Shown here piece after piece: positions 22,601-33,033 of a stretch of DNA of 34,876 bases. The notes under the pieces are model-generated. The model was not told where the DNA came from. It saw nothing but the letters and a program-made list of their open reading frames with translations, and ran no database searches. Every line of letters begins with the position of its first letter. Within the stretch, counting starts at the first letter, position 1. Both the position numbers and the translations under genes were made by a program. The DNA comes from Catajapyx aquilonaris (lineage: Eukaryota), in the NCBI GenBank assembly GCA_000934665.2, contig KZ539088.1:1-34876 (forward strand), read 5' to 3'.

Positions 22601-23394
22601 GAGAGCGTATTCCCATCAAAATTCGCCCTGATAATCACAGGAACATCCGGAAAGTTGCGTCCTGAAATCAACAACACATGAGCAACGTACACAGTGCAAT
22701 TATCTGCAAATTGGTCAATAGCAACATCGAGGTCAACGACACTTACCGGTGTTCTAATAAGGTCAACAACCCTGAACTTTGTTCGAATATGGTCAACGAC
22801 CTTCACTTTTGTTCGAATGAGGTCAACGACCTTCACCTTGGTTCGAATAAGGTCAACGACCCTGAACTTATTCGAACCAAGGTGAAGGGCAGTTGACCTC
22901 ATTCGAACAAAAGTGAAGGTCGTTGACCATATTCGAACATAATTGATTGATTGTTGACCATATTCGAACAAAGTTCAGGGTCGTTGACCTCATTCGAACA
23001 ACATTGAAGGTCGTTGACCATATTCGAACATAATTGATTGATTGCTGACCTCATTCGAACTAAGGTCAACGACCTTGAACTTAGTTAGAATAAGGTCAAC
23101 GACCTTCACTTTTGTTCGAATGATGTCAACGACCCTGAACTTTTGTTCTAATAAGGTCAACAATCAATCAATTATGTTCGAATATGGTCAGCGACCTTCA
23201 ATTGTTGTTCGAATGAGGTCAACTGCTCTTCACCTTGGTTCGAATCAGATCAATGACCTTCAATTTTTGTTCGAATGTGGTCAATGATCCTCAGGTTGTG
23301 TTCGAATCTTACTGCTTTTATTAGGAAAGAACGGTTATTGGTACGTACCCGAGTAGATGGACAGTACGAGCTGCTGCTCCTTGCTCTTGGCCAT
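19694..23394 (-). CDS. CEP120: Centrosomal protein of 120 kDa (three C2 domains plus C-terminal coiled coil), ~889 aa
   Basis: Exons 23394-23349, 22661-22520, 22463-21968, 21911-21277, 21216-20813, 20750-20473, 20412-20314 and 20263-19694 total 2670 nt; all introns are GT-AG. The N-terminus MAKSKEQQLVLSIYSGRNFP...FDGNTLSTD...FNHELGWVIDKKAWHGHRLQNTPIKL matches the CEP120 C2A start. Also GYFQIGP, ELEMWKE, and the C-terminal LVEEKDRLMATGMY..D..V..ID.QI motif. Confidence 0.92.
22730..23310. repeat. 30-bp minisatellite with inverted blocks (foldback) in CEP120 intron 1
   Basis: Unit GGTCAACGACCTTCACTTTTGTTCGAATGA runs forward at 22731-22870, reverse at ~22875-23060, and forward again at 23061-23310. 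Confidence 0.88.
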
Positions 23395-23729
23395 GGCGTT
23401 CCTCTTGACCTGTACGAGGTCCCGGTACAGCGGCACCCGCTGCACCTGCAGAATATGTTACACCGGACGACAGAGAACAAGGTAAAGTGCCCTACTGTTC
23501 TGTCTGCATGAACACTGTTCGGTGGACTGTTCCAAATTCAAAACTCGACGAAACTGCGTCTCTCCGGAGAGGGCTCGCTTCCTAGGCGACAATTGTTGAC
23601 GCAACGGTCCTGTTTACGCACTTTGTTTAATTGCCACAACAAATAAATTACACGCTAGTATTAATTTATTTTTAAAATTATTTACCTAATATTATACTGA
23701 TTTCGGCAAATTACAACGTCCCTGTAATA

Positions 23730-24080
23730 GCCCCAATGCGCATGCGTATCAACAGACTATTCCCACGCATGCGCACCGATTCGATCGTTCCGCCATATTG
23801 TGTCCCCCAATGCACTTCCAGCCAATCAACATTCCCCTGCTCCCAGGTAATTTCATTTACATTTGATTTACATGCTGCAATTGATTGATTGAAGGTTTAA
23901 TGTTCATTTACATGCTGCAATTTTAATTTGAAACTTAATTAGCTAATAGAGTGCCATCAGCAGTTAATTGCAAACCCCCCCCCCCCCNCTTTCAATATCC
24001 GCCATATTGTGTCCACTGCATTGTACCGCCATATTGTGTCCACTGCCGCCATTTTGTGTCCACTGTACCGCCATTTTGAA
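23730..24080. promoter_or_regulatory. Probable CEP120 promoter region with NRF1/Ewg-like, CCAAT and YY1/Pho-like motifs
   Basis: TGCGCATGCG (~23737), CGCATGCGCA (~23766), AGCCAATCA (~23820) and five CCGCCATWTT motifs (~23790-24078), just upstream of the CEP120 5' end. Confidence 0.45.
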
Positions 24081-24695
24081 GACCGCTGTCGGCCTAGCAT
24101 AGCAGCTTCCAGATCCGACATGGTTGATGGCTATTAGCTGCGACTGGTAAGCAGCTGCTTTGTTAACACACGGATAGCTTAATATCGGTAGCTGCTACTC
24201 GACAGGTTCCTGCTGAACTGTTATCCTGAAATCGCTGCGAGGCTCCGAGCGTGATTGATTATCGCAGCGAGAATACCTCCTGGCGTGTGATGCTCTCCTG
24301 CGATGGGAAGGTATAGCAGCGGCACTTGTTCGCCTTTGGGTTGCAGGTCTCCTCCGCGTCTGAAGAACCCCCCTTTTAGTGCGGGAGGGGCCCTGGTTAG
24401 AGAAGCGAGAGAGAGACTGTTTGGGAAGGGGAAAAGATGCACGTTGTTGGTGGGGGGTTGCAATGCACGCTCGCTTTAGCCCGGGCTTGCTTGCGACATG
24501 CAACTCGGATTGGGACAGGGGGACATGACATGGAAGGAGGATGTCTCCCACACACACAGTGGCGGTCCATATACTGTGGAGGCTGACCTCCATGCAGTTA
24601 TGATACCCTAGCAGACAATCCTTTCCCGCTATGCTGGGGAAGCACTTTTTCGAAACAAAGAATGTGGCTGCTGAATAAATTCCACATGTATTTTT

Positions 24696-24701
24696 TTTAT
24701 T
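24696..24701 (-). terminator. Candidate polyadenylation signal of INTS14
   Basis: AATAAA on the minus strand about 12 nt after the INTS14 stop codon. Confidence 0.4.
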
Positions 24702-24712
24702 TGTACAAAATG

Positions 24713-26503
24713 CTAATCGTCGCTTCTGAACTTTGTGTGCAGCGGGGTTATGGTGAATTTGATGTCCCGGCTTTGCGGTTGGCGGAGCATCCCTGCAGCG
24801 TGGGTTAGCTGCAAAGCGCAATCCGGATGAGCGGATCCGGGCAGTAGGGTACATTCCCGCTCAAATATTGCGGCTAGGCCGTCCAGCAACTCGTGAAACC
24901 CCAATGAAACGGCAGCACGCCGGATGCGATTGAGCTCCTTGTAGAAATGCTGGGTCTTATCCGGGAGCTTCCGGGCATGTCGGAGGATCTTCTGGATGTC
25001 CGAGTGGATCCCAGCCTGCCGGATCCACACCACAGAGTTCTGGGAGTAGCTTCGTTTCTCGTTTGATTTGACCGGGAATGACAGCTCCTCTCCGTTTTCG
25101 CCGACTCCCTCCAGCAGCGGCCCTATTTTCCGGAGATCACCGAGCCATGAGACTGGAAGGGTTCCAGGCTCAAACACGGACAGCATGAGGTTGGACTTCT
25201 TGCGGTTGTCGGCCCAGGAATACAGGATTCCATACCAGTCCTCACCCACTTGGCACAAGGCAGCCATGCTCTCAATCTGCAATGGCAATGTATTCATACA
25301 ATGATGTACTGTCAAGTCAGCAAATTCTTCCCGAGTATACCTTGAGTGCTCCGTGAAGCAACACGCAGAGAGAGGCTAGTCTTCCCTCGTCCACAGAAAC
25401 GTCGTCATCTTCATCCCCGTTGGCCTTCGACGAGTCTTTTCCTCCTGATGAACCGACTCCGACGGGCAGGACAAGGTGTCTGGACAGCGCGGCTGGACTT
25501 GCCAAGTCCGCCATCTCCAGGAACCCACACACATACAGGTCTTTAGACACCTTCTTTCTCACCACCTCAAAGTCCTGGTTAGCCGCATACATGCGCGGAG
25601 GCGGACACAGGCTAATGCTGGACTCCAGGTTCCCGCAGTGAAGAGTCCCACGGAACGAGTCATAACAGCGGCGGGCCATGTCCAGAAACATGTTCTGAAC
25701 AGACTGGAAAGGGAATCGGAATTAAATACAGCAGATTATGTGAACTAACAGCTCACCTTTGTTGAGAGTGACGCCTGTGGACAGTACACTGCTCCATCTC
25801 CACCGGCCATGTCCACGAGCCTCTGAAAGCTGGATTGGTTGGAATGAAATGCTGGGTCGGTTGGGGACATCAGCATCATCACATTAAGGCGGCCTGGAAA
25901 CCCGAATGGAATCGGCGCAGTGGCTGGAGTGTCCGCACCGTTTGTTGCGGCAGGTGCGGACTCCCAAGTCTGCAGAAGCCTCGGGAGCGAATTGGGCCCT
26001 ATGCCCACCCCGCCATCAGAGACCAATATGACCTGACATGGCACCCCGCTGCCCCACTCTTCCATCACCAGCTGGTTGACCCCACTCAGCGCAGTCCCCA
26101 GACATGTCCGGTCGTACTCCTCGATGTTAGGCAGCTTGCTACGGATCGACTCCACATCACGGGTGAAGGGCACCACCACTTCGTACAAGGACGAGTACGC
26201 CACCTGCAATATTTCAGTTGGTACACTGGTCATTGTTGCATTACTGGGGCAACACCGACAATACGGGGGACAGCGGCAGGCGTATGCCTGGCCATGCCGT
26301 CCCATCCGTAAGGCTCCAACCGGCCTCATGTCACTCACCAACGTGACAAACTCAAGCCTGCAGTGCTGCACCAGGTGATCCAGCAACGAGTTGATCCCAG
26401 CCGCTGCCAGTTGTCGCAGCTGCATGTCCTGGTCGCCCGACTCCAGCGTGGAAGCCTGGCGACGCATAGACAGCGACACATCCACCAGCACAACGGTAGG
26501 CAT
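24713..26503 (-). CDS. INTS14: Integrator complex subunit 14 (VWA9), ~512 aa
   Basis: Exons 26503-26339, 26203-25757, 25703-25341 and 25276-24713 total 1539 nt, with introns of 135/53/64 bp. Start MPTVVLVDVSLSM (VWA domain), EEWGSGVPCQVILVSDG, SRHLVLP, LCVLLHGALK, KKSNLMLS, KRSYSQNSVVWI, DIQKILRHARKLPDKTQHFYKELNR, LLPGSAHPDCALQL. Confidence 0.95.
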
Positions 26504-28000
26504 CCTTCAAAACCAACTGGGTCCAGGAAACAGGTTACACAAAAATATGTCAACACAGGTTCTGCCTACGTCGACTCAAAAGCGACCTAACAAACAATCA
26601 CACCCAGTTTGAGCTTCAGTTGGGGAAATATATGGTCAGATTGGTCCAAAACCACAAATGCAACAATTGGGGTGCGAAACAGGTTCAAACATTGCGAATT
26701 AAGTAGCGAAAACCAGGAAAAATTCGCAGGATTCGAACGTTCGAAGGTTTTCCAGGCGCCATCTTTGCCAGCCGGTCGTTCGTCATTTGTTTTCCATTTC
26801 CAGAGAGAGAAAAAAAGTGTCATATCCGGAATAATTATAGCATCGTGGATATTTTTAATGGGTATTAAATGTTACATATTGTTTTAAAATTGTTGAATAA
26901 TTGATTCTTAATACAATTATGGAACAATGGCATTTACACGGTTGTGCGCGCAATTTTGCACCAATCGCGCACGACTCACGGTCGTACGGTCAGCACCGTG
27001 TAAACCCCCCCATTAGCAGCCGAAAATTCGCGAAACTTTATTTCGCAACCGCAATATTATGGCCCACCATTTCTAGCACGTAAATTATAACCGCCACCTT
27101 CCTATTTGAGTGTAATTATTGCATCATCCGGTGAACATCCGGTCTGCGGCACCCCCGTTATACACGACTAGATGCCTGCAATGTGGCTGAGACACGACAA
27201 CGTTACCCCTCTTCGCACATATTTCGCACGCAGAATGACTTCTCCAGCCCCTGCTCTCCCATATGGGCTCCCATAGTTCCGCACGTTTATATCCAATCCG
27301 GCCATGCACCAACCGTCCTGAATGCGCACAGTACAATCCTGCCGCATTTGTGTTGTCAGGACTCCCTGCTGTACAGTGCATGTGCGGACATTTATAGTCC
27401 AATGGAGGGGGGGGGCTATTGAAGAAATGGAGGGGGGAAGGGGGAGGGGGGTCGCGAATTATAAAATGGATGTAGCTGTTACAAATAAATGCTATTTTCA
27501 GATAACGGCTGATCAGAAGCGGCTATTTTCAGCTGCTGTGCTATGGTACAAAAGCAGCGGGGTGGAATCTAGCTGTTCCAATAGTAACGGCTATTTTTCC
27601 ATATAGCCGGCTATCAGCTTGTGTACTAGGCTCCCCCCCTCCTGACACTCCCTATGCCAGTATCATTGCTCCCCCACCACCGAGGAGGGTTGCCACGGGC
27701 GGCGCTAGTCTCGATACCCAAGACGAGTGGCGCCTTACATAGCGGGGATATTCTGAACCACATACGGAGGCGTCAGCAGCAGCACCCCCNNNNNNNNNNN
27801 NNNNNNNNNNNNNNNNNNNNNNNNNNNNNNNNNNNNNNNNNNNNNNNNNNNNNNNNNNNNNNNNNNNNNNNNNNNNNNNNNNNNNNNNNNNNNNNNNNNN
27901 NNNNNNNNNNNNNNNNNNNNNNNNNNNNNNNNNNNNNNNNNNNNNNNNNNNNNNNNNNNNNNNNNNNNNNNNNNNNNNNNNNNNNNNNNNNNNNNNNNNN

Positions 28001-28190
28001 ATCTGGGCATGCGCAGTTGGCTCCTCGCGCCTCCTCGTATGCGAGTTTTTGTGGCGAGGAGCCAACTGCGCATGCCCAGATACGAGGAAAGGGGGAAAAG
28101 TAGAAAATTTTATACTTTTTTCCCCCCTTTCCTCGCATCTGGGCATGCGCAGTTGGCTCCTCGCGGCTCCTCGTATGCGAGATTCTCGTA
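28001..28190. repeat. Alternating inverted-repeat array (period 136 bp) next to an assembly gap
   Basis: ATCTGGGCATGCGCAGTTGGCTCCTCGC at 28001-28028, its perfect reverse complement at 28054-28081, and a direct copy at 28137-28164. Confidence 0.8.
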
Positions 28191-28238
28191 TACGTGGATA
28201 CCGGCCTATTACGGCCTCTACCCTATTCTATCTCGTTG

Positions 28239-28423
28239 GTTGCCATGGCCGCCAAAACCATCAAAGATGGCGGGTCACCCTATATTTTTGCCTGTGCCCT
28301 ATTTATACCTCGTTGGCGTTGCCCACACTTCGAAATGGCCGCCAAGCCTTATTGGCAAACGGCCCCAAAGAGAGAGACGCGAGAATCTAATGTCCGCGCC
28401 TCTTATGCAGTATACGCTCCCTG
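28239..28423. mobile_element. MITE family A, truncated or diverged copy (right arm only)
   Basis: GCCATGGCCGCCAAAACCATCAAAGATGGCGG...CCTATTTATACCTCGTTGGCGTTGCCCACACTTC...TTATGCAGTATACGCTCCCTG matches the right arm of family A. Confidence 0.8.
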
Positions 28424-29145
28424 TCCCTGCTTCTGCCGCAGTAGAAAGTGTCGCAACACTGTCACACATTCCGCCCTCGTCCACACGATGAGCCAATGCG
28501 CGATTTGGACAAATTGGAACTGTTCCATCAATAACTGCTATTGTTCCGGATAGCGGCTATCCCGGCTATTGTTGGCTATCCGGTGCAGCTGCTGTGCTAT
28601 GTGGAAGAAGGGGAAGAAGAAGAAGGGAGGGGGAGAGCTCTACTCGGGTGGGCTGTAGGGGAGGGTAGTTGCGCTGTTCTTCTTCTTCTCCCTTTTGGTC
28701 TCTCTCTCTCGGGCTCCCCCCCTTGGGCACCACCATACTATAGTCAGAAAAAGGGAGAATTCCAGAGCGAGGAACAGACAGGCAAGAAGAAGCAAAGGGA
28801 GGGTAGACGGGAGTTTGTTACAGGGGGTGACATCGCCCCGGGGGGAGGGGGGGCCCAATGGTGGCGTCGCCGGCCGCCCTGGAGTGCAGGGGACTGCGTC
28901 TCCGGCGCCGGCGGAGGACCAGGGAAGGACACATCAGGAGAAGCACCAGTCGACCATAGCTGGTGCAGGGGGTGGGGGGGTCGCCGGTGTGGAGGGNNNN
29001 NNNNNNNNNNNNNNNNGGGGGGGGGCAGAAGGAACCACCAGGTAAAACAGCACCAGCACCAACGCAAAAAGGGGCTTAACCGGCATGAGTGTTCCTTCCG
29101 TTGCAGTGAGTGAGGACGCTTTGACACTGGTGGGCCTGTCGGGCG

Positions 29146-32100
29146 ATGCACACGGGCCGCCCTGGTGGAGAGAGCAGCTTCCAGAAGGACGCTGAGCCGC
29201 AGCAGCGGAGGACCAGTGCGACACAATCCAAAACCATGCAGAGCGGAGGAGTCGGAGGTGGTGGGACCGCCGGAGGGGGAGGGGGGTCCTCAGCCAGGAG
29301 CAGCGCAGGGGGGCCCACCAGCACGTCCGTGCTCATGGTGGGGCCCAACTTCAAGGTCGGGAAGAAGATCGGCTGCGGGAACTTCGGGGAGCTCAGGCTC
29401 GGGAAGAACCTCTACAATAACGAGCACGTAGCCATCAAGCTGGTGAGTCCTGAGCATGCCTGGTACAAGCGCGCGCCCCCCTGCTTATTACGTTGCATTC
29501 CATTTTATTTTTTTTCAAGCGCTTGCAGGAGCTTTAAATCGGGAGGGGGGGAAGATTGTTCTGGCGGTTTTTTAACGCCGGCCTGCTTCTTTTATCAGGC
29601 GGTAATCGATTGATTACGTTGGCAGCGAACCAGAGATTGTGTCAAAATAATAGGGCGCACAATACGGAAATGACGGGTTTCGATGCGAGATGGACATGTA
29701 TTGTTTGCTTTTAAAGTTTGGTCTGAGATAAAAAGCTGAGAGATAAAGAGGACTGTCTTGGGTTTACTACAACAGGCGGGGGGGAATTCCACGAGGGTGA
29801 AGGTCACGCTTTTAACGATTGTGCGCAGACAGCTTGGCAAGTACTTTTTTATGCCCATGTTTGGTATGGTGGCGGATGAGGCCTTGCGGTTCAGTGATGG
29901 GAGGGCATTCATGGCTTATCAGGTTGTTTTTCCAGGTTCCGATAATTTGCAGGGGCTAGTGAACCCCTTTGAACGCTGCATAATTGTTGTACTAGAGCGA
30001 AGCTTAATTGTTTTTGCCAGGCGTACGAAATGGAGGTGAATCCAGAGCAATCTCAGGTTCGCAGCATCTCCGGGTGGTATCAGACCGAGTCTGACTCTGA
30101 GCCGCAGGAGTCCGAGGAGGAAGGACAGAGAGACGGGATTAAAGACCTTGACGCTGCAACCCCTGATGCGGTTTGTTCTGGAGGGACACACACACAACGT
30201 TGGGAGCGCAATATTATTCTAGCTGATTGTTATCCAAGTGCATGGCTGTTTCTGCTTGATCGGCCGTAGTTGTCCTGCTGATGTTTTGGAACCAGATAGG
30301 CTGGTAGTGCCGTTTGATGATAAGCAGGAGGCCTGGCCTACTATAGGGGTCCGTGATTGCAGCATTGAAATTTATTGCCACGCTGAATTGCTTCCTTCCC
30401 AATCCGGTTGTTATTGCCGCGGCGGTCAGCTGCTGGTGTTTATTAAATGGGCATACCGCAACAGCCGCTAACACTTCTGAGCTGTGCTGCTTACTAATCC
30501 GAAGGATTTTATTGGTTTTTTGGATGGGCGACCCAGCGGTGTCTAATAGACTGTGCTCATCCCAAAGGAACCCATGAAGTCCAAGGCCCCGCAGCTGCAC
30601 CTGGAGTACCGCTTCTACAAGCTGCTAGGAGCTCACGGTGAGTGGCGCCGCGCAGGTAGCCCCAGACCAACCACAGTTCCAGCACCACCACCTCCTGTCC
30701 AGAGCCCGCTCACTCCTCCGTCACACCTGTCCGGACCTCCCGACACCCATGAACAGCATCCCTTAGCTCCCTCTGCCCCCCGGTGGAGCAAAGGGAGTAA
30801 CGAAATTGGCTTTCATCCGCATGGCACCCCCGGCGCGCCCTACACCACGCCTCCGCCTGGCACTACCAACCCGTACGCTGGCTCTTCCGCCGCAACCGGT
30901 CCGCCCGCCAACGTCGGCCATGCGATCACCCTGAACCCGCATCCAGAGGGCATACCGGAGGTGTACTACTTCGGCCCCTGCGGCAAGTACAACGCCCTGG
31001 TGATGGAGCTGCTGGGCCCCTCCCTGGAGGACCTGTTCGACCTGTGCGGACGCAAGTTCAGCCTCAAGACGGTCCTCATGATCGCCATGCAGCTACTACA
31101 CAGGATAGAGTACGTGCACACAAAGCACCTCATCTACAGGGACGTCAAGCCCGAGAACTTTCTCATCGGAAGGAGCTCCTCCAAGAAGGACAAGGTCATC
31201 CACATGATAGGTCAGTACAACCGCGGCGATGTTGCTTATTGTAGAATGTCTTTTAACGCGTGCACGTGCTTGCAGACTTTGGACTGGCGAAGGAGTACAT
31301 AGATCCGGAGACAAACAAGCACATTCCGTACCGGGAGCACAAGAGCCTGACGGGCACAGCGAGGTACATGAGCATCAACACCCACCTGGGGAAGGAGCAG
31401 AGCCGCAGGGACGACCTGGAGGCGTTGGGCCACATGTTCATGTACTTCCTGAGGGGCAGCCTCCCGTGGCAGGGGCTCAAGGCGGAGACCCTGAAGGAGC
31501 GCTACCAGAAGATCGGGGACACCAAGCGGGCCACCCCGGTCGAGGTCCTGTGCGAGGGACACCCGGAGGAGATGGCCACCTACCTGAGATACGTCAGGCG
31601 GCTCGACTTCTTCGAGACCCCGGACTACGAGTACCTTAGGAAGCTATTCCAGGACCTGTTCGAGAGGAAAGGGTACGTCGACGACACAGAGTTTGACTGG
31701 ACGGGGAAGACAATGGTCCGCGAGTCGGTGGTGTCCCCGCACCGCGACCGCCACCCCACGGCCAACAAGAGCGCGACGAAGGAGACCCCAGTGTGGCAGA
31801 GGACCACATTCTACGGGGGGCATCTAACCCCGGCGGACGGCGGTCATGGATCGGTACAGGTGAGTTGGCATCTCTGCCGGGGTCTTGCGGGTTCGTAGCT
31901 GCCATCATCCACTTTTAAGAGATGCAGCTAAGCCCAGTCCGGAGAGGCCTGGCCGATGTTCACTAGTCAAAACGGCGCCGGGTTTCTCCGGACTTGGCTG
32001 CGGGTTGGGGGGGTTGCCAAATCCCCCTCCTCTGCCCCCTCATCCGTTGCTCCTCATTTGCTTGGAAGTGGCGAGAGCAATGGATGGGGGGTCTGGGCAG

Positions 32101-33033
32101 AGGGGGGGATTTGGCAATTCCCTGTCGTAAATTTGCATCAGGTTGTGAGTTCGACCAACGGGGAGCTGGCCAACGACGATCCGACGGCTGGACACTCCAA
32201 TACGCCGATCACCCAGCAGGCAGAGGTCGAGGTCGTGGATGAGACCAAGTGAGTACCTCTCTCTCTCTCAGGTGTTTCACCCGCACTTTCCTATTCCCAC
32301 ACCCGTTCCTCGAATATGCACGGGCTGTAGTGTCGCATTGGAATAGGAAAGTCGGCAGCGGTGCATTTCCTTAACATATGACCTCTCCTTCCTTCCCATG
32401 TCTTTCCCTTCACCGCTTTCTGACCCGTGTCTGGACTGTGTCGCTCTGTTATGACCCGCGTCGTATAGTCGGGCCAAGAGGCAGGCCGCGAGAGCGTCCG
32501 GGGCTTCTAGGGCGCACGATGAGCGCGAAGATGCCTCCTCGTACGCGGCTCGTCTGACCATAACCAGCACCGGGAGGCCCCGTAGCGACCTGGCCCAGCT
32601 GAGCATGATATCTGGCGAGACGGACACGGTCAGGATGCGTCCGGCCAGGACCAGCTTGGGGTCGAGCGATCCGGACCACGACCAGTTTCAGTCAATGTCA
32701 AGGGGCAGCCAAGGGTCGGATCAAATGCGGATGGCATCACCGGTTCCCGAGTCTCCGCCGCCGCCTTCAGCCCTACCCGGGGCAAGGAGGCTCACCGCCA
32801 CCTCTGTGCAACCCAGGAGCTCATTTCACAGCCGCGGGTCTAGGACGTCGGAAAATGCGCAACAATAAGTTGCGCCGTGCACGCTGGCGTATCATAATAA
32901 AAATGTGCGATGGTTTTAATCGATGCTCTTCTCTCCGTCCCCGCAACCGCTACCTTTTTCCCTTGCCCGACCCCGCAACAGGTGCTGCTGCTTTTTCAAG
33001 AGGAAGAAGAAGAAGTCGGGTCGCCAGAAGTGA
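29146..33033 (+). CDS. gish: Casein kinase I gamma (gilgamesh/CSNK1G), canonical isoform ~457 aa
   Basis: Exons 29146-29442, 30568-30637, 30947-31210, 31276-31859, 32142-32248 and 32982-33033 total 1374 nt. Motifs: [81 protein letters not shown]. The C-terminus [13 protein letters not shown] (palmitoylation motif) is diagnostic of CK1-gamma. The start could instead be ATG 29236. Confidence 0.96.
30021..30170 (+). CDS. Putative 150-nt phase 0-0 cassette or alternative exon in CK1-gamma intron 1 (acidic 50 aa)
   Basis: Acceptor aattgtttttgccag|GCG and donor GCG|gtttgt. The open frame [12 protein letters not shown]...[14 protein letters not shown]...ATPDA is compatible with the flanking phase-0 junctions. 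Confidence 0.4.
32469..32868 (+). CDS. Putative alternative terminal exon of CK1-gamma (~133 aa Ser/Arg/Pro-rich tail lacking the CCC motif)
   Basis: The acceptor ...cgtcgtatag|T follows a pyrimidine-rich stretch. The phase-2 join ACC AA|T CGG GCC... stays open for 132 codons to TAA 32866-32868, with coding-like GC-rich composition. Confidence 0.6.

Noticed and set aside
22516..22971. 151-aa ORF with VVDLIRTK repeats fused to a CEP120 exon
   Set aside because: The repeat part is intronic minisatellite; the true exon starts at the acceptor at 22661.
24250..24363. C/D-box snoRNA candidate (GTGATTG...CTGA)
   Set aside because: The C box is non-consensus, and I found no terminal stem or recognisable rRNA-complementary guide.
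24195..24854. 219-aa minus-strand ORF overlapping the INTS14 3' end
   Set aside because: It is an alternative frame running through the polyA signal and has no recognisable domain.
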